NCBI RefSeq assembly: GCF_006345805.1
Contig: NC_043018.1
Location: 17,112,001-17,176,000 of the forward strand
Direction of reading: 5' to 3'
DNA: 64,000 bases
Origin: Octopus sinensis
Taxonomy: Eukaryota
Below, one piece after another: positions 53,205 through 64,000 of the stretch (position 1 is its first letter; each line of letters opens with the position of its first letter). The notes under the pieces are model-generated. The model was not told where the DNA came from. It worked only from the letters and a program-made list of their open reading frames with translations, and ran no database searches. The translations under genes were made by a program, and so were the position numbers.

Positions 53205-53470
53205 TTTTTCAACTCTATAACAATGTCCAGCAAACTGGACTCTCCTACCTTTCACAAGGGATGACACAGGTGGTAGTTTCCCATATTTTGCATTTTGGTT
53301 AGCCACGAGAGATTTTGAGCTCTCATAAGGAGGCGAGTGTAGGTTCCATCCAACCGCCTCTCAAGCTTCTTTGATAACGTCCAGGTTTCTGAGCCATATA
53401 GTAGAATTGGTTCGACTGTGGCTTTGAATATTTCAAGTTTGAAGTCTCTACTGCGCCTATATATGTCAGA
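53205..53470 (-). mobile_element. RTE-like LINE fragment (region after the RT domain)
   Basis: Minus strand: FKATVEPILLYGSETWTLSKKLERRLDGTYTRLL, then after a frameshift RRVQFAGHCYR. Confidence 0.82.
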
Positions 53471-53757
53471 TTCTTTTAAACTATTTCCTATTTTAAAACA
53501 TATTTTAAGTATATTACTTAGGTAAGATTTAAAACTGAAGTAGAAAACTAAAAGTTTTTTAATGACAATTATCGTAGAAATTGCTAATAAAAATTACTAA
53601 TAACAATACTGATGTTAAATTGAAATTCTGTTTATTGCACATAATAATGACCTAATTTCAAGACTAATTTTAAGATGTATTTAAATGTAATATTTTTTTC
53701 TTTCCAGCAGAACGAGATTCTCTACACAGATATAGTGTGGATAACGATCAGAAAACC

Positions 53758-53824
<67 letters not shown>

Positions 53825-54089
53825 TACACGCATAAGTATGTATATGCGTGTGTGAGTGTGTGTGTGTGTGTGTTTATCTGCTCCTTTATAGAAGGGGTAA
53901 TGAAATGGAAAATAGGAAAGTAAATACTCGTCCGCACGCACCTGATTACAGAGGAATTAATGCACACATCACTGGTACTTGATATAAACGAAGTTACCTT
54001 TGAGAATTTAGAGCTTCAAGAAAGTAATTTAATGCCCAGTTGGTTCACTGAAATGGCAGATTTTAGTTTATTTTTGGGTTTATATTTGC

Positions 54090-54387
54090 ATACAAAAATA
54101 CATACATACATACATACATACGTACATATATACATACATACATACATACGTACATGCATACATACATACATACATACATACATACATACGTACGTACATT
54201 CATACATAATACATACATACATAAAACATACGTACATACATACATATATACATACATACGTACGTACATATATGCGTACATACATACATACATAAATACA
54301 TAATACATACATATATACATACATACATACGTGCACACATATATACGTACATACATACTTACATACATACATAATACATACATACAT

Positions 54388-54420
<33 letters not shown>
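54090..54420. repeat. (TACA)n degenerate microsatellite (similar tract at 48470-48660)
   Basis: Directly visible. Confidence 0.9.
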
Positions 54421-54439
<19 letters not shown>

Positions 54440-54479
54440 GTAGACATATATATTTACATATATAATATAATATAATATA

Positions 54480-54534
<55 letters not shown>

Positions 54535-54550
54535 TATGTATATGTATGTG

Positions 54551-54616
<66 letters not shown>

Positions 54617-55017
54617 GTATATATATTTATAATATAATATAATATAATATATATATATGTATGTGTTCGATATTTTCTAGAAACATTTAATGAAAAGAAA
54701 AGACGCTTCTTCAAATCTCGAAGCTTCCTTCGAGCTGCAGCATGGAAACATTCATTTAATTGGTTGTTAAGGTATTTAAATGGAGACAAGCTGGCTGTTG
54801 TTTTTTGATATTTTTCTCTGGTGACTTACTTGCATTCGATTCTATTTGTAAAAACCATTTAATCTTCGAACGACTTGGAACGACTACTGTGTGAGTATAG
54901 GTGTATGTGTGTGCATGTATGTAACGAGGAATGTGTGTGTGGTTGTATGAAAGCTTATTGGCGTGCGTACGTGTAACGCTTGTGCGTATGTGTGTCTCGT
55001 TAATTGGAGTGTATTTG

Positions 55018-55055
<38 letters not shown>

Positions 55056-55154
55056 GTTTTCATCTGCTTCTCTATTGCGACCATGTTAATGTCTGTATGT
55101 AGTGTAAGTTTGTGGGAATACTAAGATACATACAAACAGCATACACATTCAGAG

Positions 55155-55248
<94 letters not shown>

Positions 55249-56937
55249 GTGTGTACATATGTGAGGTATTGTATTATTATGCGCATGTTTGCAAATAAAT
55301 AGAAACATAGATAGGTAGATGATGGATGGATGGGTCGATGGATGGATGGATAGATAGATGGAAAGATAGATGGATAGACAGACAGACAGATAAATCGATA
55401 GGTATACATACATACAAACAAACAGACGGACAGATAGGCAGGCAGACAGGCATAGATACAGACTGGCGGATAAAGCAATATTTAGTTTTAATACGTTAGG
55501 TTTATATCTCAACCTTCCGTGATCGATAAAATAACAGGAGAGTGATCTGTTATTCTCCCGAAAACCTGCGGCCTCATTACATACGGCAGAAAGCATTATT
55601 CCCCTCTTCATTAACTATTAGCTACTAAGTCAATTACCAATGAGCTTATAGAAGACGCTCGACTGCTTGGTCTTAAAAGATTGTTTTATGACATCTTTTG
55701 GTGAGTATTATCATTAATGATAACAGCAAGCTTCCGTGTTTATTGAACATAGAGTAAAAACCCTTTATGCATACCGGCATTCGGAATATCACACACACAC
55801 ACACACAAATAATAATGATAGTAAAAGAACTGATACACACACACACACAAAAATAATAATAAAAGAACTGTACCTTGCTGGATTTGATGTTAGAACAAAA
55901 TCGACATATCAAAACCCAAAGAATATTTAACCAACACTGTAATGTTACCGTTCTATCTGCTACAGATAGCAGGCATGTGTCTGCAACGTGCACCATTATG
56001 TTCAAAACCGAAAAGTTTATATAAGATAATGTAGGTCCTCAATCCACTTTGTCGGAATACAATTCGGAATGGTCATAATGTTTGACCTTCAGTTCGTCCG
56101 ACCAGGGCAGGTTGACAAAAGCATTGAAGAACAGATTTCTGAAGACGTTATGGCTAAATGAATCATTGGTCAATAAATAATTGACAATTAATACCTGAAA
56201 GATGATCAGCAATTAATCCTCGCTGGAATTCTAATCAATGGCGAATGCAATATGAATAAAACTTAAGAGGCTCTTTAACAAGCACAACAACTTGACAATA
56301 CCGGCTATTGACTAATACTTCATATCGAAATATTGGGTAAGGTGTGAGTGTGATTGGCTCCAGTTTCGAGCAATCAATCTTCATAAACATGGCAAGACCT
56401 CGAAGCGGTCATTCCATCTGCTAAGAAGAACAGTGATATTGCCCCGAATTACAATACGTTGTACTTAAACCTGCAGAAAAAACACAGAATCAACGAAAGG
56501 GAATTCATTAAAATCATATCTTATGACATGCTTCTTGATCAGAGCCGAACTGGAACTAACCAGCAACAGAAAGCTACAATTATAATGCAGTGTGTCCATA
56601 GAGTGGTTAACTCACGTCACGCTCAAATGATCCGAAATTAGACACTGCTCATCAGTAAACTATTCATCATGAAATTGCTAATTTATTATCGATTCCTTTG
56701 TAGCTTTTATTTACACTTGATTATGTTATGAGTGCAAATTTATCGGGATCGATTTTGTTTTTTTATACTACTGGGTCGATAGAAAATTTACTGGAGAAAG
56801 ATCGGGGCCAAAGTTCGAGGATTTATATGTATCAATATTGAAGTGTTCGTCAATAGTGTCCAATATCTTTACATGTTGCTTTACTTGTAGACTGGAGAAG
56901 GACAATTAGTCAGAAGGATTTTTCTCTGTATACTTAC

Positions 56938-56957
56938 GAAAGGATTTCTCGGAACTT
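56938..56957 (-). other. Candidate 20-nt exon with strong splice signals
   Basis: Minus strand: attttcctccttcccacag|AAGTTCCGAGAAATCCTTTC|gtaagta. Confidence 0.25.
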
Positions 56958-57314
56958 CTGTGGGAAGGAGGAAAATGTGTATTTTACAAACTAATAATGG
57001 CTAATTTTAGGATCTTGAACAGGGGACAGTGTTGGTCAAACATTTCACAATCTCCACGGTGACACGAATGAAGTTAAACTAAATGGACGCAAAAGAAAAT
57101 TCAAATCTTGTCACGGAATCTACACTCCTGCAATCATTTATAAAAACTCAATATGTCAGCGAAGATACGGCAAGAATTATCCTTGGTATCTAAGATTATT
57201 TGTTGTAGCCCGATGTTAGGATACTTTTCTTTTCCAACAGCCTAATCTGTTGAGTGTATATTAAAATATGTGATAATAATGGTCCTAAATTTTGCGAAAA
57301 GTCAGCAATTTTGG

Positions 57315-57475
57315 GGAAGGGGTGGATCGATTATATCGAGCCCAGTGTTCAACTGGTACTTAATTTATCAACACTGAAAGGGTGAAAGGCAAGTCGACCT
57401 CGGCGGAATTTGAACTCAGAAATTAGCGACGGGCGAAATACCGCTAAACATTTCGCCTGGCACGATAACGAATTT
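57315..57475 (-). mobile_element. SINE family B, degenerate
   Basis: Homology to the other copies. Confidence 0.8.
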
Positions 57476-57543
57476 GCCGTTTTTCAATTATTTCTCAATT
57501 TTTTTTGTAAGGGGATCTATATGTATGTATTTACGTAAGTATG

Positions 57544-57594
<51 letters not shown>

Positions 57595-60282
57595 GTGAAA
57601 ATTTACGAATGTACGTACATACGTATGTAAGTAATGATATATGTATGTGTATAAATATTTTGTGGCAAGAAGATACCTTAGGCTACAAAATGAATAGCGC
57701 TTTTGAAATACTCTGAGATGAATGACAGGGCTTAAGAATAATACTTCCGCCACCAAGGAACAGAATCTGCTGAAAACTTTTGATTGCTGTTGAAAATGCT
57801 TTGATTCATATATTCTTGTTTTCATCCATATTATGTAATGCCTTGGGCAGGTCTTGTTATACACAAACTTACATTCCTAATATCTGTGTATCACGCATGA
57901 AGTAGTTTATTCCGTTATTAAAAAAGGCGGATTGGGTACGCCTTGAACTAAGTACAGGAAAAACTTCTACATTTTACCAATTTGTCGGTATTGCCTTTCC
58001 CAGAAATTATTTTACACATTTCTCATCTGAAGGTGAATGCTTCGCGCCTTGACACACCGAAACGTCTGTAGTTGTATCGAACTCAAGGCTCTTAATATTA
58101 GTATTGATATTCGACCTCTGTCAATAATACACAAGCAATTTAAATAGCTAACAGTCAATTATCGATTTCTGCTGCAGAATATGGACGTTGTTTGCTAATG
58201 GGGAAGAAACATATAAGAAACAGAGTTATTTTAGCACACCTTAATTTTAATTACATTTTAAAGAGAGAGTTTAATCGAGAGTAAGATGTGACCCAGTTCT
58301 TTTCCCGATCATGTCCATTCTCTGTTCTATGCTCACCTCCAGCAGAAATGAGGAAACGCGCTCTTCCTTTCCAACGAGTTTGATAGCGTCCAAGAGAAAC
58401 CATTCATAATAATAAAAGAAAGTGCTACTGGGATATCTTTTCTCATTAATGCTTCATATTTATAATTTGCGTATGTGTGAATGGCGTTATTGCATACGCA
58501 AATCAATGTAAGCTGGATAGCAAATAAATACCGATATCACCGAGAGTTGCATGTTTTCAGAGTGGATGAGACACATCGCCGAAACGTAAATCGCTGATTT
58601 ATATCCTGTCATAGACGTTGCCGCTTCTTTATGTTTAAGTCATTCCATACGACTGACTTCCTATGATATCACAATATTAGGAATTCGCTTAATGTAAGGG
58701 GTTCTTTTACCTACAGGAATGAGTTTATTTCGTCTCCGATTATTACCCCAAAAAACAGAGGCGTTTCATCGTATTGGCCTGCCTTAAATTCGATTAACTC
58801 TATAAGTTCGAACTATTCAAATATTCACCATCGATTCTATGATTCTATATTGATGTTATACTGGTAAGTTTCTTTCTTCTCTTCATTGTTACTTCATTGA
58901 TTTAATTCCTCTGTAAAACATAGCCAATATATTTATGAATAAGGGTTTACATCGTCCCTTTTGCACCTTAGAATTAGAGAGACTCAACAGAAAACGATAT
59001 AAATGTAGAAAGCATTAAAACGTAACAAACAGCAACTCAATACCTGTTGGAGACGCATTCTTTCGTTGGTAGTTGTTGACTATTCGACAGAAGGCAGAAT
59101 GGGGAAAATAGTTTCTTTTCATTGTGTTCAATTACCATCAGCAATCGAATTCTGAATTCGATGTTTGATAACATATTCCAGAAATAAAAATTCATCTAAA
59201 GTTGCTTAAGTGTTGAATAATAATACAGGCACAAGTGGTGATAATGAACCGAAAAGGACAAAGAAAACCCCAAAAATCTATTCTACACTTTTACTAAGCG
59301 TTCATTTATACATATTGATAATAAAGAAGCAAGAAAAAAAATGACATTTCAAAGATTATTTGCGATAAAAGAAATAAAACGATCAATATAATAAATAATT
59401 CTTCAATTTAGGAATGAGCATTGATGCTATTTAGACTTTAGTGGTGCTCGATTCCAATAACGAAACTCTTCAGCATTCTATTAAACAGTTACAATCTCTG
59501 ATAAATCCTTTATTTTCTATGATAATGCCAAAGTTTATATTCTATTGATTCCTACTCGTATTGACTTATAAAGTACATATTCCGTTTTGATGTGATAAAG
59601 GTTTAATGGAAAATTGATCAACATCAAAACTGGAAATCTGTGGCTACAAAACTCTCAAATTTCTATCATCTCCATAAGAATTTTAACAATTTACTCTCCA
59701 TTTGCATTATTATCGAATGTTTGCCGAAGGAAAAAGGACAACAAGAAAAAAGCCACCTTTATGCGTATATATAAATTTGTACAACATATTTTATATCGAT
59801 TGCTTTAGAACAGGACAGACATTGAAAGTAGGATGGGGTGTATTGAATATCAATTATATATTGCAAGATATTAAAATGAAATAGTGTCACAAGCTATGAG
59901 CAGGCATGGGACTGTATCCAAGTAATTCGCTCCCCATTCACATGAATACGGAATTGAATACGCTCTGTAGAGTTTTAGGCATTGATTGGCAGCTAGTTAG
60001 TGAAATTTATTTAACGAAATCTGTCAAAAATGTTGTTGTTTTCTTTCATTGATTGGAAAAGCAGCTCTATGTTTTTTTTATAACGTTGAAGGTGCCACCA
60101 AGGGGAGATTTTCACGAAAGAACGTGTTTATCTATCAATCGCTTCTCCGTTTGCTTGCCTATTGTGTAAGTACACTTCATTACTGCTTATCGCTTTTAGA
60201 TTGTTTCGAACGAAAGTTCCTTGTACCAGCTTTTGATTCCATCATTTATTTTTTTATTTGGCTAAGGTCTTATTTCAAATCG

Positions 60283-60673
60283 GTGGAGGCGCAATGGCCC
60301 AGTGGTTAGGGCAGCGGATTCGCGGTCATAGGATCGCGGTTTCGATTCCCAGACCGGGCGTTCTGAGTGTTTATTGAGCGAAAACACCTAAAAAAGCTCC
60401 ACGAGGCTCCGGCAGGGGATGGTGGTGATCCCTGCTCTACTCTTTCACCACAACTTTCTCTCACTCTTACTTCCTGTTCCTGTTGTACCTGTATTTCAAG
60501 GTGCCGGCCTTCTCACTCTCTGTGTCACGCTGAATATCCCCGAGAACTACGTTACGGGTGCACGTGTCTGTGGAGTGCTCAGCCACTTACACGTTAATTT
60601 CACGAGCAGGCTGTTCCGTTGATTCGGATCAACCGGAACCCTCGTCGTCGTAACCGACGGAGTGCTTCCATCC
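60283..60673 (+). mobile_element. SINE family C, full length
   Basis: A box tggcccagtgg, B box gtttcgattc; 11-bp TSD atttcaaatcg at 60272-60282 and 60674-60684. Confidence 0.93.
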
Positions 60674-61499
60674 ATTTCAAATCGTATTACATTCCTCTTC
60701 ATGTGTCACTGTATAACTCTAAACATATATGGCTCTAAACAAATTTCTTTTGTTCTCTTTTACTCGTAAATTTATTTGACAAATATTTCTCAAATTAAGT
60801 CTGCATAACCTGAGCTGACCTGGTGTTATACATCAACCGCTTGACATCAATAATTCCAGCAAATAAGAATAAGAAATGCAAATGGACAGTTATTCGTGTC
60901 TTCCCCGTAGGTCTTGCATCATTTTTTGTTCTTTTTGTAAACATTTCTATTAAATAGCAATGGTGATTTGTATTATTGACGTAGTGAACATATAAATATT
61001 TTGCATAAAGTAACGATGTTACTGTAATTTGTCAAATAATGTTTTTCGCAGCAATTTTTAATGAAGAAATATTTGAGATCTATGTCAGTGATTCCTTATC
61101 TCTTCATTACATTTAAATGAAATGTTTTCGTTATATTTTCATAGTGTAGATTTGCTTAAAAAATACATGCGTTTTTCTGTCTTGTATTAATTCCACCTGA
61201 AGTTGTGGCATTGCAGATACGGATAATTGAGGTAAGCTTGTTTTCATTGTTATGTGTTATTGTTTGTTGGAACTTATTTATTCGAGTGAGTGTGGATGTC
61301 AAGTTGTCTGTACATGAGTGAGTCTAATGCGTAAGTGTGCAAGTAGTTTACACGAGTATTCTCACGATTTGAAGGACTGCAACGAGTGTTCATACTATGT
61401 GTAATGCGGTCGGTTTTCTATTTGTTATTTGTGTGTGGCAAGGTCCAGTTCTGAGAATCTTGGTTTCGTATCTGTCATATTATATCCATGCCTCGTCAA

Positions 61500-61885
61500 T
61501 CTCTCTCTATATAAACGGCAGTTTGTCTGTGCGTGTTTCTGTGTGTCTGTTTGGTTGTACCCTCACCCTGACCACTGCTTTCAACCGATTCTGATGAAAC
61601 TTGACACACACATAGCCCAATGTCATAATTCAAAACTAACGCAGCGAAAATTTTGAAAAGTTCCCCCAGTTCTGAAAAAAAATCGATAAATTCGACATGG
61701 GGTCGAGAATCAGAAACACAAACCACAGACTGTCTAGGGGACGCAACACGACCTTTTTTAACTCTCAAAAAAAAATTTACCATAATTTTTTTCCATTTTT
61801 TTGCTATTTTTTGGCTATAACTCTCTAAAAATGCTTTATAGTTATTTCCCTTACAAACCCGAGCAACGCCGGGCGATACTGCTAG
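61500..61885 (+). mobile_element. Non-autonomous Helitron
   Basis: A|TC 5' end; subterminal hairpin cccg-agcaacgc-cggg; CTAG|T 3' end; no TSD. Confidence 0.78.
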
Positions 61886-62510
61886 TTTTGTATATTTTTG
61901 AGGGTAGTGTGAAATTTAAAGACGATTGCGATTCTCGTGTCAGATGGAGACACAACTCGAAAAAAAGGCAGCTTCGAAAAAGTTCCAGTCTTTAACTTCA
62001 TCTCATGTATACAAATCTTTCTCTGCAGAATCATTTCACAACAATTTTAGTATACATTCAATGAAAATTATCTTCAAAGAATTCATTATCGTCGTATATG
62101 CGTACCAAAGGATCCGCCCTTAGCAAGTTTTCTTCATGGTCTTTTGATTCCAAGAATGATAATCTAATTAAGGTAATAATTTCTGCAAGTGGTTTCCTGG
62201 GCTTTCAGAAGATTATCTAATTAAATAGAAGAATCCCTCGCCTCTATGACATTTTAGTTAAATTACTGGTGGGGATTTCTGAAATCATTTACAAATGAAG
62301 GACATTCTAAACGACGAATCAGTTGATTATGGTACATCTCTGAGGTATTATGTTCTTATGCAAGAACATAATATGTAGAGATGCTAAAAGTATAAAATAC
62401 GTAGTCACAGATATTCTAAAGGTTATTATGAGTCGAACACAGTTTATTGATTTTCGGCTCACTAGTTACAGAACTGAGGGACCACATCAGGAATTCTAAA
62501 GAAAAATAAA

Positions 62511-62920
62511 GATAGGCGCAGGAGTGGCTGTGTGGTAAGTAGCTTGTTTACCAACCATATGGTTCTGGGTTTAGTCCCACTGCGTGGCACCTTGGGCAAG
62601 TGTCTTCTACTATAGCCTCGGGCCGACCAAAGCCTTGTGAGTGGATTTGGTAGACGGAAACTGAAAGAAGCCCGTCGTATAAATGTTTATATATATGCGT
62701 GTGTGTTTTTGTGTGTGTCCTCCTAGCATTGCTTGACAACCGATGCTGGTGTGTTTATGTCCCCGTTACTTAGCGGTTCGGCAAAAGAGACCGATAGAAA
62801 AAGTACTGGGCTTACAAAAGAATAAGTCCCGGAGTCGAGTTGCTCGATTAAAGGCGGTGCTCCAGCATGGCCGCAGTCAAATGACTGAAACAAGTAAAAG
62901 AGTAAAAGAGTAAAAGAGTA
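62511..62920 (+). mobile_element. SINE family A
   Basis: Complete gataggcgcaggagtggctg head and gagtaaaa tail. Confidence 0.93.
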
Positions 62921-63205
62921 TATTAAACTGTTAAGATATATCCATGGAATTCTCTAAATAACATTTTGTGCCCACGCGTATACACACCCACACACACACA
63001 TGTACACAAATGCAAGCACATAGACAAATGCACATTGTATAGCGTAACAAGTTTCATATTTTACAATATAAAGCTGAGATCTATCTCACCGTTATTGTTG
63101 TCGTCACACTCTCAGAAGCATTTTAATTTATTTTCAGATTATCGACACAGACATGTACACAAACCGAACGTTTGTTTGTGTGTATGTGTGTGTGTGTGCG
63201 TGTGT

Positions 63206-63247
<42 letters not shown>

Positions 63248-63574
63248 ACGCGCAAGCGTGTAAGTAATCATAATTGTTTGTAAACCGTAGCAGACATAAA
63301 AGTTGTCAAATTTAATTATTTCTTTGTAGATTTAAAAATCTTATGAACCACCTTAATCTGCATTGTATACAAAATAGATTTTCTTTCCAAATTGCAATAT
63401 ATGTACTTTCTCGTTGGGCTCTTAACTGTTTTGTATAATCAAAGAATTAATTTGTTTTTGCGCTGTTCATGTCTTTGAAAAATGAATTATTGTCGTAAAT
63501 GAATTAACTCTATTCACTGGTTTCTTTTTGCAAAACGCCAACTACTTTCACCATGCATATTCCCTGAATTTATA

Positions 63575-63733
63575 GCAGGAGTGGCTGTGTGGTAAGTAGC
63601 TTGTTTACGAACCACATGGTTCCGGGTTCAGTCCCACTGCGTGGCACTTTGGGCAAGTGCCTTCTACTATAGCCTCGGGCCGACCAATGCCTTGTGAGTG
63701 GATTTGGTAGTCGGAAACTGAAAGAAGCCCGTC

Positions 63734-63805
<72 letters not shown>

Positions 63806-64000
63806 GCGTGTGTGTATTTGTGTGTCTGTGTTTGCCCCCTAGCATTGCTTGACAACCGATGCTGGTGTGTTTACGTCCTCGTCACTTAGCGGCTCGGCCA
63901 AAGAGACCGATAGAATAAGTACTGGGCTTACAAAGAATAAGTCCCGGGGTCGAGTTGCTCGACTAAAGGCGGTGCTCCAGCATGGGTGCAGTCAAATGAC
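63575..64000 (+). mobile_element. SINE family A, cut by the window end
   Basis: Homology to the other copies. Confidence 0.92.

Noticed and set aside
60283-60350. tRNA-like sequences with A and B boxes (also at 2390, 48880 and 51382)
   Set aside because: They are SINE heads continuing into shared bodies with TSDs; no complete cloverleaf.
254-64000. Dozens of IY/YI, CV, HT, LSIY, MYVC, poly-I and poly-N ORFs
   Set aside because: Microsatellite read-through in AT-rich DNA.

Overview
AT-rich, repeat-dominated animal genomic DNA. The SINE families and microsatellite load look like Octopus (inferred from recognition, not from a search). I found no host protein-coding gene I can identify; almost all listed ORFs are microsatellite read-throughs, and the real coding remnants are all from transposons. 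The window holds an apparently full-length R4/Dong-clade non-LTR retrotransposon in a (TAA)n array (39462-43207, minus), three DD34D mariner relics, two internally deleted DD37D (maT-type) elements, two RTE-like LINE fragments, a non-autonomous Helitron, about 20 copies of four tRNA-headed SINE families (several with clear target-site duplications, TSDs) and a 100-N gap. The most unusual signal is a set of short elements in or beside (TA)n tracts that carry minimal type-I hammerhead-ribozyme-like motifs (one with a canonical core, others variant), plus long fold-back hairpins, consistent with Penelope-like element termini. Splice-signal-bounded exon candidates are low confidence only.
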